Below, in pieces: positions 36,656-46,709 of a DNA stretch of 64,000 nt. Position 1 is the first letter of the stretch. Each line of letters opens with the position of its first letter. Origin of the DNA: an uncultured Verrucomicrobiota bacterium (lineage in GTDB: Bacteria > Verrucomicrobiota > Verrucomicrobiia > Limisphaerales > UBA8199); NCBI GenBank assembly GCA_964448135.1, contig CAYUVH010000017.1, forward strand, positions 10,094-74,093, in the 5' to 3' direction. Below the pieces are notes generated by a model. The model saw only the letters and a list, made by a program, of their open reading frames with translations. It did no database searches and had not been told where the DNA came from. A program made the translations under genes and the position numbers.

Positions 36656-37924
36656 ATGGAAACGCGAGTGCCCGCACACACAATGGATGCCCAACAATTG
36701 CCGGATTCGCCGCGCCTGGAGGAGTTTGAAGAACAGGCGAAGGAGCTATTGGCCCCCAGTGGTTCGCCGGAGGCTGTGGATCGGCTCGGCCGATTTCATC
36801 CAAATTTCGTAAAACTCCCCGCGGCGGAAATTGCGCGGAGAAAGATTTCCCTGGCCGAGGCCCGCTGCGTGATCGCGCGCGAGCATGGTTTCGCTGACTG
36901 GGCAAAGTTTCAAAATCACATTCAGGAGCTCGGCCGGCGGGACTCGCCAGTCGCAAGGTTTGAATTGGCCGCCGATGCGATTGTGGCGGGCGATTTGGCC
37001 GGCCTAAATCGTTTGCTGAAGCGGGGCCCGGAATTGGCCAATGCGCGCTCAACCCGGCTGAATGAGTCGCCGCTTATCCATTATGTGGCTGCCAACGGGG
37101 TGGAGGATTTTCGCCAAAAAACGCCGGGAAATATTTTGGCGATCACACAAACGCTGCTGCGCGCCGGGGCCAGGGTGGCCGCAACGAGCCAGGCGTACGG
37201 TGGCGCGAGCACCGCCCTGGGCCTCGCGGCGACGAGCTATCATCCGGCCAAGGCAAGCGTGCAATTGGAACTGCTGGAAGCATTATTACAAGCGGGCGCA
37301 TGTATCGACGGGGCGCCCGGAGGATGGAACCCGCTGGTGGCCGCACTGCGTAATGGTCGTGGCGATGCCGCCGGATTTCTCGCAAGCCGGGGCGCGCGTC
37401 TCGATCTCGAAGGCGCGGCGGGAACGGGTCAGGTTGATGTCGTCGCGGGTTATCTGGACGCGGAGGGAAAGTTGAAGGCCGGCGCCACCCGGGAACAGCT
37501 CAGCTATGGATTCATCTGGGCTTGCGAATTTGGGCACCAAAACGTCGTTGAGTTATTGTTGCGGCGAGGGATCAAGCCGGATCCGGATTTTATGCACGGC
37601 GAGACCGTGCTGCACTGGGCCGCGTTTGGTGGACACGCGGAGATAGTGAATCTGCTGGTGGAGGCAAAGCTGTCCGTGAATGCGATCGATCGTGTTCACG
37701 GCGGTACGCCTCTGGGCTGGGCGATCTACGGGTGGAACGATCCGGCGCCGGATTTCAAAAATGCGCGCTACCACGAAGTGGTGGAACGTCTCGTGCGGGC
37801 GGGGGCAACGGTGGATTGGAAGTGGATCGAAAGCCCCGAGCGGGGATTGTTTCTGGCAGCGGGATTGCGAGCGGACGCCCGGATGATGGCGGCCTTGCGG
37901 CAGGCTCAAGCGCCCGCAAAATAA
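36656..37924 (+). CDS. Ankyrin-repeat protein
   Basis: Repeats such as GETVLHWAAFGGHAEIVNLLVEAKLSVNAID and NPLVAALRNGRGDAAGFLASRGARLD. Confidence 0.8.
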   Translation: METRVPAHTMDAQQLPDSPRLEEFEEQAKELLAPSGSPEAVDRLGRFHPNFVKLPAAEIARRKISLAEARCVIAREHGFADWAKFQNHIQELGRRDSPVARFELAADAIVAGDLAGLNRLLKRGPELANARSTRLNESPLIHYVAANGVEDFRQKTPGNILAITQTLLRAGARVAATSQAYGGASTALGLAATSYHPAKASVQLELLEALLQAGACIDGAPGGWNPLVAALRNGRGDAAGFLASRGARLDLEGAAGTGQVDVVAGYLDAEGKLKAGATREQLSYGFIWACEFGHQNVVELLLRRGIKPDPDFMHGETVLHWAAFGGHAEIVNLLVEAKLSVNAIDRVHGGTPLGWAIYGWNDPAPDFKNARYHEVVERLVRAGATVDWKWIESPERGLFLAAGLRADARMMAALRQAQAPAK

Positions 37925-38607
37925 CCAAGCTCTCTGAGGGAGACGTAGTCCTTCGTCCGATCGGCGGTGGCGCGTCCCAGGATGAGGTGGTCGAGGACTT
38001 CGATCTTCAGCAGTTGTCCGGCGCGGATGAGGTCGCGCGTCACTTTGATGTCCGATTCGGACGGCGAGGGGTCACCGCTGGGGTGGTTGTGGGCGAGGAT
38101 GATCGCGGCGGCATTGGCGGCGATGGCGGATTTGAACACCTCGCGTGGATGTGCAAGCAAGGTATCCAGCAGGCCTTGGGAAATTGTTTCGATGCGGATC
38201 AGCCGGCGGCGTGTGTTCAGCAGAATGACCTGAAGGGTTTCAACTTCCCGCAGGCGGCTCTCCTCGCGCAAAAGGTCCGCGACGGCTTCCGGGGTATCGA
38301 GCATGGGCGCTTCGTCGCGGATTTCGCGGGCCATCCGGCGGGCCAGGGAGAACGCCGCGATGAGGGTGACGGCTTTGTCGCGACCGATGCCGCGGATTTT
38401 TTGGAGATCAGTGACGGAGGCCTGGGCGAGGGCGCGGAGCGAGCCGTACTGCTCCACCAACTGCTTCGCCACGTCGAGGACGTTTGTCCCCTTCAAACCG
38501 GTCCGCAGAAGTATGGCGACCAATTCGGCGGGGGACAGCGCGTCGGGCCCGTGGGCGGCCAGCCGTTCGCGGGGGCGCTCAGCGATGGGTTGGTCTTTGA
38601 GTTTCAT
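37906..38607 (-). CDS. radC: RadC-family (UPF0758, JAB/MPN) protein
   Basis: ERPRERL...SPAELVAILLRTG N-terminus and HNHPSGDPSPSESD JAMM-type motif. Confidence 0.9.
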   Translation of the reverse strand: MKLKDQPIAERPRERLAAHGPDALSPAELVAILLRTGLKGTNVLDVAKQLVEQYGSLRALAQASVTDLQKIRGIGRDKAVTLIAAFSLARRMAREIRDEAPMLDTPEAVADLLREESRLREVETLQVILLNTRRRLIRIETISQGLLDTLLAHPREVFKSAIAANAAAIILAHNHPSGDPSPSESDIKVTRDLIRAGQLLKIEVLDHLILGRATADRTKDYVSLRELGYFAGA

Positions 38608-38631
38608 GCCCGCGCCCGGTTTCGATTTTGG

Positions 38632-40170
38632 TTACTCGCTCGAGCGGCCGGTGAATCCGGCGAGCAGGATGGGAATGAGGTCCAATTCTGTTCTCGCGGA
38701 GCGATTCGGATCCACGTTGTTGTAGCGGTTGAGCATCACTGAGAAAACCAGATGCTCGCCCGCGGCGGTGGTGACGTAGCCGGAGACGGAATTGGCCCAG
38801 CGGAGGGTGCCGGTCTTGGCGTGGACATTTCCGGCGGCAGGTGTTCCTTTCATCCGGTTCTTCAAAGTTCCGTCCACGCCGGCAATGGGCAGGGCTTCAT
38901 AGTATGCGGCAGCAGCGGGATGCCGGCTCATGTGGGAGAGCAGGGCGACAGTGGCGTCCGGCGTGGTGAGGTTGTTGCGCGAAAGTCCCGAGCCTTCCTC
39001 GAATATCACGTCGCCTTCATGCACTCCGGCTTCCGGGAGGAACCGGCGCAGTTCAGCGAGGCCGAGGTTTTCGGACGTCTCGTCCTTCGGCGTGTCGGCC
39101 GAGCGCCGAGTCTCGCCGATGTGCGCCAGCAACAGATCGGTGTAGAGATTTTGCGAAGGTTTCTGGATCTCACGCGCGATCACGTTGAGCGGCGGCGAGA
39201 GCATGTATCCCACCTCGACGTAGCTGTCCCAATTCACCGGTGCGGCCTGGCGTTCGAGCCAGCCCGCTGACCGGGCCCTGCCGCCGACCTTGATCCCATG
39301 CTTCGCGAGCGCTTCTTTGAAGAGCATGGCGAACAATCCGGCGGGTCGGTGGAAGGTGACGTCATCGCTCCACGCCTCACCGCCCAGCGGCATGTTGCCG
39401 GAGGCGTAAATCACATTTTCTCCCACGGGATGATACAAGGAAAGAGTGCGCTTGGCTCCCGCTTCCACAGTCCTGGTCCGATTTGAGAAGACCAGCCAGC
39501 TCGTATCCGGCGTCAGGCTGATTTTGCAAGGCGCGCCCACGCGGTCACCCGGTCGCACGGTGGCCTGCAAGGTGTTATCGTTGACAGTGAGGGCGGAGAT
39601 TTCGGCGCCGTAGTAATTGGCGAAATCATCCCAATCCCACCCCGAGCCGTATTCCGGCCCGTGAATGAAACTGTCATCGGCGATGATGTCGCCCTTGATG
39701 CGCTTGACGCCGGCATTGGTCAACGCGACGACCAGCGGTTCGAGCGCTTGATAGATGTCGTTGTTGTTCAGGCGCGCGTTGATCGTGGGATCGCCGCGGC
39801 CGAAGATGATCAGATCGCCGTCGAGCGTGCCGCGTTTGTCGGGCGCGGACTTGGAATAGAGGGAGGTGCGGATTTGGTAATTCGTGCCGAGTCGATCGAG
39901 CCCCAGGGCCACGGTGTAGAGTTTCGAGTTCGAGGCCGGGCTGAAGAGCACGCGCGGGTTGCGTTCGAAGAGGGTTTTGCCGGTGTCCAGCGACACCACC
40001 TTCACACCCCACGAGCCGGCGGCGAATTTGGGCTGGGAGACGTGAGTTTCCAGCCGTTGGCGCAGGTCAGCGAGAGACGAGGCTGGTTTGATTTCCTGGC
40101 CGACGCCGCGGCACAGGATGAAAAACGCCGCCACCGCCAACACGGCCGACCGCCAGGATAGGAATTGCAT
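38632..40170 (-). CDS. dacB: D-alanyl-D-alanine carboxypeptidase/endopeptidase (PBP4, peptidase S13)
   Basis: S-x-x-K in PASNSKL, KTG in HAKTGTL, and a signal peptide. Confidence 0.85.
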   Translation of the reverse strand: MQFLSWRSAVLAVAAFFILCRGVGQEIKPASSLADLRQRLETHVSQPKFAAGSWGVKVVSLDTGKTLFERNPRVLFSPASNSKLYTVALGLDRLGTNYQIRTSLYSKSAPDKRGTLDGDLIIFGRGDPTINARLNNNDIYQALEPLVVALTNAGVKRIKGDIIADDSFIHGPEYGSGWDWDDFANYYGAEISALTVNDNTLQATVRPGDRVGAPCKISLTPDTSWLVFSNRTRTVEAGAKRTLSLYHPVGENVIYASGNMPLGGEAWSDDVTFHRPAGLFAMLFKEALAKHGIKVGGRARSAGWLERQAAPVNWDSYVEVGYMLSPPLNVIAREIQKPSQNLYTDLLLAHIGETRRSADTPKDETSENLGLAELRRFLPEAGVHEGDVIFEEGSGLSRNNLTTPDATVALLSHMSRHPAAAAYYEALPIAGVDGTLKNRMKGTPAAGNVHAKTGTLRWANSVSGYVTTAAGEHLVFSVMLNRYNNVDPNRSARTELDLIPILLAGFTGRSSE

Positions 40171-40402
40171 GGGTCATCTAAATAGCTGTCTCACGCCGCG
40201 CTGACAAGCCGAAGCGGGTGAATGGCTACGCAGTTACCAGAGTTGTTAAGTGGCTTACCACTCCCAGGAGTTTCAATGGGCCAGTTGTGCGTAAAGCCCT
40301 GCAAATGGTGTTGGCATCTCTTTAGCTAAAGGCGGCAGGGCCTCTGATTATGGCACTGGACGTCAACAACTCGGACCCGGGGTCGCGCGCGCGAACCCCG
40401 GG

Positions 40403-41713
40403 ATGATTTTCGCTCTCTCGCGACGCCGCTTCCATGGCGGTGTCATTCTCGCCATCAAGCTTTTCGGTATAGCCGCATTTCCGACCACGACGTGCGGTGA
40501 GACGAACCTTACGCTGGAGGCGGCCCAGCAAACGGCCTTCCTGCGTAACTGGGACCTGCTCGCGGCGGCGCGCGGAGTGGATGCCGCGGTCGCCCAGAAG
40601 ATCGTTGCCCGCCAGTTTCCGAATCCCGCGCTGTCGTTTTCCACCACGCAGATCAACGTGGATGGCACGCCCAATTCGACCCCGGCCGGAAACACATTTT
40701 GGGATCGAAACTACCAGACGATCATCGCCATCAATCAGCTCTTCGAAATCGGCGGCAAGCGGCGCAATCGCCAGGCTTCTGCGCAGGCGGGAATCGAGGG
40801 TGCGACGGCTACGTTGCTCGATGCGCGGCGCACGCTCGACCTCGCCGTTGCGCGCGCATACGTGGCCGTGGTGCTGGCGGAGGAAAATCAGCGCGTGCTC
40901 GAAAAGTCGGCGGCGAGTTTGCGGCAGGAGGCGAAGATTGCCGAAATCCGGACGCGCGCGGGCGAGATTTCCACTTCAGACCAGGCGCAGATCGAAATCA
41001 CCGCGGATCGTTTTGATCTGGATGCCGAACGGGCCCGGAGCGCCTCTGCGCAGGCACGCGTTGCGCTGGAGACTCTGTTGGGCGAAGCGCGACCGCGCGG
41101 GGATTGCCACTTAAGCGACGCCCTCGATGCACTCTCCGCCCGTCCCGCTCCGCCGGATGGCGGCCCGCAGGGCATGCGGCGAGCCGATGTCGTGGCCGCG
41201 GAAGCGGCATGGCAGAAAGCCGAGGCCGATCTCCGGCTGCAAAAATCCAATCGCGTTCCCGACCCCACCTTTCTCGCGCAATACCAGCACGAGCCGCCGG
41301 ATTATCCAAACTCCGTTGGGTTTGGCGTGAGTTTTCCTTTGCCCTTGTGGAACCGCAACGAGGGCAACATTGCCGCCGCGCAAGCCGCGTGCGAACAAGT
41401 CGAACTCGCCTTTCACAAGACGGAAGCGCAGGCGGCGGCTGACATCGCGGTCGCCCGAATGGCCTACGACGACGCCCATAAACGCTGGCTGAGTTATCAC
41501 GACCAAATCCTGGCCAAGTCGGAGAAAGTCCGGCAGTCCGTTGCTTACGCCTACGAAAAGGGCGGGGCGTCACTGCTGGATTTACTCTCGGCGGAACGCA
41601 ACGACAACGACGTGCGCCTCGGGGCATCCCAGGCCGCCGCTGACCTTGCCAACGCCGTGGCCGCCCTGCAGGTCGCCTGCGCGCAGGTCCAACCCAAAGA
41701 TCTCAAGAAATGA
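40403..41713 (+). CDS. czcC: TolC-family outer-membrane efflux protein (CzcC-like)
   Basis: Two OEP-type repeats. First gene of a CBA efflux operon, with a 4-nt overlap onto the adaptor gene. Confidence 0.8.
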   Translation: MIFALSRRRFHGGVILAIKLFGIAAFPTTTCGETNLTLEAAQQTAFLRNWDLLAAARGVDAAVAQKIVARQFPNPALSFSTTQINVDGTPNSTPAGNTFWDRNYQTIIAINQLFEIGGKRRNRQASAQAGIEGATATLLDARRTLDLAVARAYVAVVLAEENQRVLEKSAASLRQEAKIAEIRTRAGEISTSDQAQIEITADRFDLDAERARSASAQARVALETLLGEARPRGDCHLSDALDALSARPAPPDGGPQGMRRADVVAAEAAWQKAEADLRLQKSNRVPDPTFLAQYQHEPPDYPNSVGFGVSFPLPLWNRNEGNIAAAQAACEQVELAFHKTEAQAAADIAVARMAYDDAHKRWLSYHDQILAKSEKVRQSVAYAYEKGGASLLDLLSAERNDNDVRLGASQAAADLANAVAALQVACAQVQPKDLKK

Positions 41714-42855
41714 ACTCGATACGCAATTTAACCGGATCCTCGCTGCTGTGTTGCGGCGCGCTGATTCTCGCCGGTTGCCGGCCCGCGCCTCCGGCGGTGG
41801 AATCGGCCGGCATGGCCGTCACCAACGACACCGTCACTCTGCCTGCCGGCTCGCCGCAGTTGGTCGCGTTGAAGATCGAGCCGGTCAGCGACCGAAAATG
41901 CGCCACGCTGCCGCTCACGGGGCGGCTCGTCTGGGACGATAGTGTGACCGTCCGGGTCTTTACTCCGTTCGCCGGGATCGTACGCGGGATTTTTGCCGAT
42001 GTGAACCAACCAGTGCGCAAAGGCATGCCGCTCGCGGAGATTCAATCCGCCGATTTCGGCCAGGCGCAGGCGGATGCCCGCAAAGCGGAAAGCGAACTGC
42101 GGCGCATGGATCGAAACCTTGCGCGCCTACGCGATCTGCTCGAACACGGCGCCGCGCCCCGCAAGGACGTGGAATCGGCTGAGTCGGACTTTGCCGCTGC
42201 GCGCTCGGAACTGGATCGCGCGACCGCGCGGCTGGCGATTTACGGCGTCGGCAGCGACAGTACGAATCAAAACTTTCTGCTGCCCAGCCCGCTTGACGGC
42301 GTGATCGTGGAGCGCAATCTCACTCCCGGCCAGGAGGTGCGGCCCGATCAGATGCTCGCGAACATGCCGCAGTATACCGCGCCGCTGTTTGTCGTCACCG
42401 ACCCCGCGCGGCTGTGGGTGTTGATTGATGTACCCGAGGCGGAATCTTCAAGGTTGGGCGCGGGCGGTGAATTCACCTTCAGCGCCACCGCGCTGCCGGG
42501 TGGCTCGTTCACCGGCCGCGTGGACAAGGTGTCCGAATTCATTGACGCGAATACACGCACGATCAAGGTGCGCGGCTCCGTCGACAATGCGCCGCGCCGT
42601 CTCAAGGCGGAGATGTTCGTGAGCATCAATCTCCCTTCTCCCGATGCCCCGGGCGCACGTGTGCCAGCCCGCGCGGTGTTCTTGAATGGCGACAAACATT
42701 ACGTCTTCGTGGAGGAGCAACCCGGGCAGTTCGCGCGGCGGGAGGTGGAGGTGGGGGGCGAGCAGGAGGGCGGGGTGCTGGTGCTCGCCGGTGTCGAGCC
42801 CGGTCAGCGCGTGGTGACCGAGGGTTGTCTGTTGCTCCAGCAAAGCCTCAAATGA
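41710..42855 (+). CDS. czcB: RND efflux periplasmic adaptor (membrane fusion protein)
   Basis: Lipoprotein-like N-terminus (LILAGC), barrel-sandwich/hairpin pattern and SPLDGVIVERNLTPGQEV. Confidence 0.85.
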   Translation: MNSIRNLTGSSLLCCGALILAGCRPAPPAVESAGMAVTNDTVTLPAGSPQLVALKIEPVSDRKCATLPLTGRLVWDDSVTVRVFTPFAGIVRGIFADVNQPVRKGMPLAEIQSADFGQAQADARKAESELRRMDRNLARLRDLLEHGAAPRKDVESAESDFAAARSELDRATARLAIYGVGSDSTNQNFLLPSPLDGVIVERNLTPGQEVRPDQMLANMPQYTAPLFVVTDPARLWVLIDVPEAESSRLGAGGEFTFSATALPGGSFTGRVDKVSEFIDANTRTIKVRGSVDNAPRRLKAEMFVSINLPSPDAPGARVPARAVFLNGDKHYVFVEEQPGQFARREVEVGGEQEGGVLVLAGVEPGQRVVTEGCLLLQQSLK

Positions 42856-45800
42856 TCCAGCGAATTGTAAAATTCGCGCTGCATCAGCCGCTGTTCGTGG
42901 TGATGATGCTGGTGCTGTTCATCGGCGGCGGATTGGTCGCCTTTCACAATCTACCGATCGAAGCGTTTCCCGATGTCTCGGATATCCAGGTGAACGTCAT
43001 CACGCTTTATCCCGGGCGCGCGCCGGAGGAGGTCGAAAAGCAGGTCACCATGTCGCTCGAAACCGTGCTCAACGGCCTGCCGCACATGGTCCGGATGTTT
43101 TCGCACACGCAGTTCGGCTTGTCGTTCATCATGCTGACGTTCGACGACAAGACGACCGACGCGCAGGCCCGGCAGCAAACGCTGGAGCGCCTCGCCACTG
43201 CTGATCTGCCACAGGGCGTGCAGCCGCAACTGGCGCCGCTTTCGACCGCGATCGGCGAGATCTATCGCTACACGCTCACCGGCGGCGGATATGACACGCG
43301 AGAACTGCGCACGCTGGAAGATTGGGTGGTGGAACGCAATCTCCGAGCCGTGCCCGGCATCGCGGACGTCGTGCCGTATGGCGGCCGCATTAAAACCTAC
43401 GAGGTCAATCCGAACCTGCCGCGCATGCGCTATTACGGCATTACGCTCCAGCAACTGTCCACCGTGCTCGCGCGTGGCAATGCGAACGTGGGCGGCAGCA
43501 AAGTCACGCAGGGCTCGCAACAGTATTTGATTCGCGGTGTCGGGTTGTTGCGCTCACCCGATGAAATTCAGAAAATCGTCATCACCGCACGCAACGGCAC
43601 GCCCATCCTCGTGCGCGACATCGCCGAAGTCACCGTTGGCAACGTGCCCGTCGAAGGGATCACGGCGCAGGACGACGATGATGACGTGGTCAGCGGCATC
43701 GTGGTGATGCGAAAGGGGGAAAACCCATCGCTCGTGCTGGAAGGGCTGAAGGAGCGAATCCATCTGTTGAACAATTCACTGCTCCCCAAAGGCGTGAAGA
43801 TCACGCCGTTCTATGATCGCACGTGGCTCATCGAGACGACGCTGCACACCGTTTTTAGGAATCTCGCCGAGGGTGCCTTTTTGGTGACCTTCGTCCTGCT
43901 GCTTTTTCTCGGCAATATCCGCGCCGCCGCCATCGTGGCCTTTATCATTCCGTTATCGCTGCTGGCGACGTTCATCGGGCTCACGTGGCGCGGTATTCCG
44001 GCGAATTTGCTTTCGCTCGGCGCCATGGACTTCGGCATCATCGTAGACGGCGCGGTGATTGTGGTGGAAAACGTTTTCCGCCGGCTCGGCGAAATCAAGG
44101 AGGGCGGCGATCGCCTCAAATTTCGCACCGTGATTGAGCAAGCGACCGTGGAGGTGGGGCGGCCGACGTTCTTCTCGATGTTGATCATCATCGCGGCACA
44201 CATTCCCATCTTCACGCTGCAACGCCACGAAGGCCGCATCTTCGCGCCCATGGCATGGACCGTCACCAGCGCCTTGGTCGGCTCCCTGATCTTCTCGCTC
44301 ACGCTCGTGCCGTTGCTGTGCTACTTCCTGTTGCGGAAAAATATCCCGCACGGGGAGAACGTCTTCGTGCGCGCCATCAAACGTCCGTATGTGGTTTCGC
44401 TCAAGCTGGCATTGGCGCATCCGCGGTTCGTCATCGTCGCGGCCGTGGGCGTGTTCGTCGGGAGCCTGTTTTTGGGAACCAGGCTGGGCACGGAATTCCT
44501 CCCCGAACTGAACGAAGGCACCATCTGGGTGAACGCGAATCTTCCCGCCGGCCTTTCGGTGGAGGAGGCGCGTGGATTGTGCCGGAAAATTCGCGGGATT
44601 TTGCGCCAGACTCCCGAAGTCCGTTCGGTCATTTCCAAAGCTGGACGCCCTGAGGACGGCACTGATCCTAAGCCAATCAACATGGCGGAGATATTCGTGG
44701 ACCTGAAACCGCAATCCGCCTGGGGGCGCGGCCGCACCAAGGCAAAGATCATCGAGGAGATGGACCATAACCTCGATGCCATCCCGGGTGTGGAGACGAG
44801 CTTCTCGCAGCCCATCCGCGACAACGTGCTCGAAAGCATTTCGCAGATTGACGGGCAGGTGGTCATCAAGGTGTTCGGCGATGACTCGACGGCGTTGCGC
44901 CGCAAGGCCCACGAAATGCTCGCGGCGATTTCCGACGTGCCCGGTGTGCAAACAGCCGCGATTGATCGCGCCGGGGAAGTGCCGCAATCCATCATCGAGA
45001 TCGATCGCGATCGCGCCGCACGCTACGGGTTGAACATCGGCGACATCGAGGACGTCATCGAGACCGGGCTCGCGGGCAAGGCGGCCACGGAGCTTTGGGA
45101 GGGCGAAAAGCATTTCAGCGTCGTGGTCCGGTTGCCGGAAACTCAGCGGAGCCTTTCGAACCTGAAAAAAGTCCTCGTGGACACTCCGGACGGTTTGCAC
45201 ATCCCGCTCGACCAGGTCGCCAGCTTCCGCGAATCCGCGGGCAGCATGAACATCAGCCGCGAAAACGGCACGCGCCTCTCTGCGATCAGCGTTTTCATCA
45301 AGGGCCGCGATATGGGCAGCGTGGTGGCCGATATGCAGTCGCGAATCGCGAAAATTTCGTTGCCACAGGGATGGTTCGTGACGTGGAGCGGCGAGTTGGA
45401 GAACCAGCAGCGTGCCATGAAGCGTCTGGGTTTCATCATCCCAATAAGCACGTTCCTGATTTTCGTCCTGCTCTTCGACGCGTTCAAATCGGTAAAGAGC
45501 GCGCTGCTCATTTTGGTAAACGTCCCGCTGGGATTGATCGGCGGCATCCTGGCGCTGCTTCTCACCGGAATTCCGCTCAGCGTTTCGGCGGCAATCGGTT
45601 TCATTGCGCTGTTCGGCCAGGCGGTGCTCAATGGCGTGGTGATGGTCAGCTATTTCAATCAGCTTCAGGACGAAGGCCACACTCCCTACGAGGCTGTCCT
45701 TCAAGGCGCAACCGTGCGCCTGCGCACGGTGTTGATGACCGCGCTGCTCGCCATGCTCGGCCTGTTGCCGATGGCGCTCTCGCATGGCATCGGGTCCGAG

Positions 45801-45950
45801 ACCCAAAGGCCGCTGGCGATTGTGATCATCGGCGGCCTGGTGTCTGCCACGCTCCTGACTCTGCTGGTGCTGCCCTCGCTGTATCTCGTCGTCGAACGTC
45901 GCGCCCACAGCCGCCAACCAGACATTGAATCCCGCCCCGCGCAGGTTTAG
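42852..45950 (+). CDS. czcA: Heavy-metal efflux RND pump (HME family, CzcA/CnrA-like)
   Basis: ATGA overlap with the adaptor gene. TM4 signature GAMDFGIIVDGAVIVVEN (DFG-DGA-VEN) is associated with divalent-cation HME-RND pumps. 12-TM layout. Confidence 0.9.
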   Translation: MIQRIVKFALHQPLFVVMMLVLFIGGGLVAFHNLPIEAFPDVSDIQVNVITLYPGRAPEEVEKQVTMSLETVLNGLPHMVRMFSHTQFGLSFIMLTFDDKTTDAQARQQTLERLATADLPQGVQPQLAPLSTAIGEIYRYTLTGGGYDTRELRTLEDWVVERNLRAVPGIADVVPYGGRIKTYEVNPNLPRMRYYGITLQQLSTVLARGNANVGGSKVTQGSQQYLIRGVGLLRSPDEIQKIVITARNGTPILVRDIAEVTVGNVPVEGITAQDDDDDVVSGIVVMRKGENPSLVLEGLKERIHLLNNSLLPKGVKITPFYDRTWLIETTLHTVFRNLAEGAFLVTFVLLLFLGNIRAAAIVAFIIPLSLLATFIGLTWRGIPANLLSLGAMDFGIIVDGAVIVVENVFRRLGEIKEGGDRLKFRTVIEQATVEVGRPTFFSMLIIIAAHIPIFTLQRHEGRIFAPMAWTVTSALVGSLIFSLTLVPLLCYFLLRKNIPHGENVFVRAIKRPYVVSLKLALAHPRFVIVAAVGVFVGSLFLGTRLGTEFLPELNEGTIWVNANLPAGLSVEEARGLCRKIRGILRQTPEVRSVISKAGRPEDGTDPKPINMAEIFVDLKPQSAWGRGRTKAKIIEEMDHNLDAIPGVETSFSQPIRDNVLESISQIDGQVVIKVFGDDSTALRRKAHEMLAAISDVPGVQTAAIDRAGEVPQSIIEIDRDRAARYGLNIGDIEDVIETGLAGKAATELWEGEKHFSVVVRLPETQRSLSNLKKVLVDTPDGLHIPLDQVASFRESAGSMNISRENGTRLSAISVFIKGRDMGSVVADMQSRIAKISLPQGWFVTWSGELENQQRAMKRLGFIIPISTFLIFVLLFDAFKSVKSALLILVNVPLGLIGGILALLLTGIPLSVSAAIGFIALFGQAVLNGVVMVSYFNQLQDEGHTPYEAVLQGATVRLRTVLMTALLAMLGLLPMALSHGIGSETQRPLAIVIIGGLVSATLLTLLVLPSLYLVVERRAHSRQPDIESRPAQV

Positions 45951-45959
45951 TGTGCTTGC

Positions 45960-46709
45960 GTGATCTTCACCCGGTTCGCCATTTCATTTGCCTTCGTCGT
46001 TTTCACGCTTTCATCGTTCGGTGCCGAGCCGGTTGCTTCGTCGAATACCAACGCCTACGAGTTTCGCGCGCAGCATGATCCCGATGGCATCGGCAAGTTT
46101 TACCTGGGCCGCGAAATCGCGCATGTCGCGGGGGGGCACGAAAACGCGGAGTGGCTCGAACGTCCCGGACGCGAAAAGGAGGAAGGCACGGATCTGCTCC
46201 TGCCGGCGTTAAAAATCAAAGCCGGCGACGCGGTGGCTGATGTGGGCGCGGGCACGGGCTATTACACGCGCCGGCTCGCGAAAGAGGTGGGACCGAAGGG
46301 CACCGTGTATGCGCAGGACATCCAGCAGGACGTGCTCGATATGCTGACCAACGCGATGGCGAGTGCGAATGTTCAAAATGTCAAAGCGATCCTGGGCACC
46401 ACGAAAGATCCGAAGCTCCCGAAGGAATCACTCGATCTGGCATTGCTCGTGGATGCGTATCACGAATTCGATTTTCCGAGGGAGATGGCCGAAGGCCTTT
46501 GCCGTGCGCTCAAGCCGGGCGGAAGGCTGGTGTTCGTCGAGTTCCGGGCCGAGGATCCGAATGTGCCCATCAAACCCGTGCACAAGATGAGCGAAGCGCA
46601 GGTGAAGAAGGAGATGGGCGTTCAGCCGTTGAAATGGGTCGAGACAATCGAGGTCCTGCCCTGGCAGCACGTTATTATTTTTCAGAAAACCAAACCTATT
46701 TCGCCGTGA
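45960..46709 (+). CDS. Class I SAM-dependent methyltransferase with N-terminal signal/anchor sequence
   Basis: GTG start 9 nt after czcA. Hydrophobic N-terminus FAISFAFVVFTLSSFGAEP, motif I VADVGAGTGYYT, VYAQDI and LKPGGRLVFVEF. Confidence 0.8.
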   Translation: MIFTRFAISFAFVVFTLSSFGAEPVASSNTNAYEFRAQHDPDGIGKFYLGREIAHVAGGHENAEWLERPGREKEEGTDLLLPALKIKAGDAVADVGAGTGYYTRRLAKEVGPKGTVYAQDIQQDVLDMLTNAMASANVQNVKAILGTTKDPKLPKESLDLALLVDAYHEFDFPREMAEGLCRALKPGGRLVFVEFRAEDPNVPIKPVHKMSEAQVKKEMGVQPLKWVETIEVLPWQHVIIFQKTKPISP

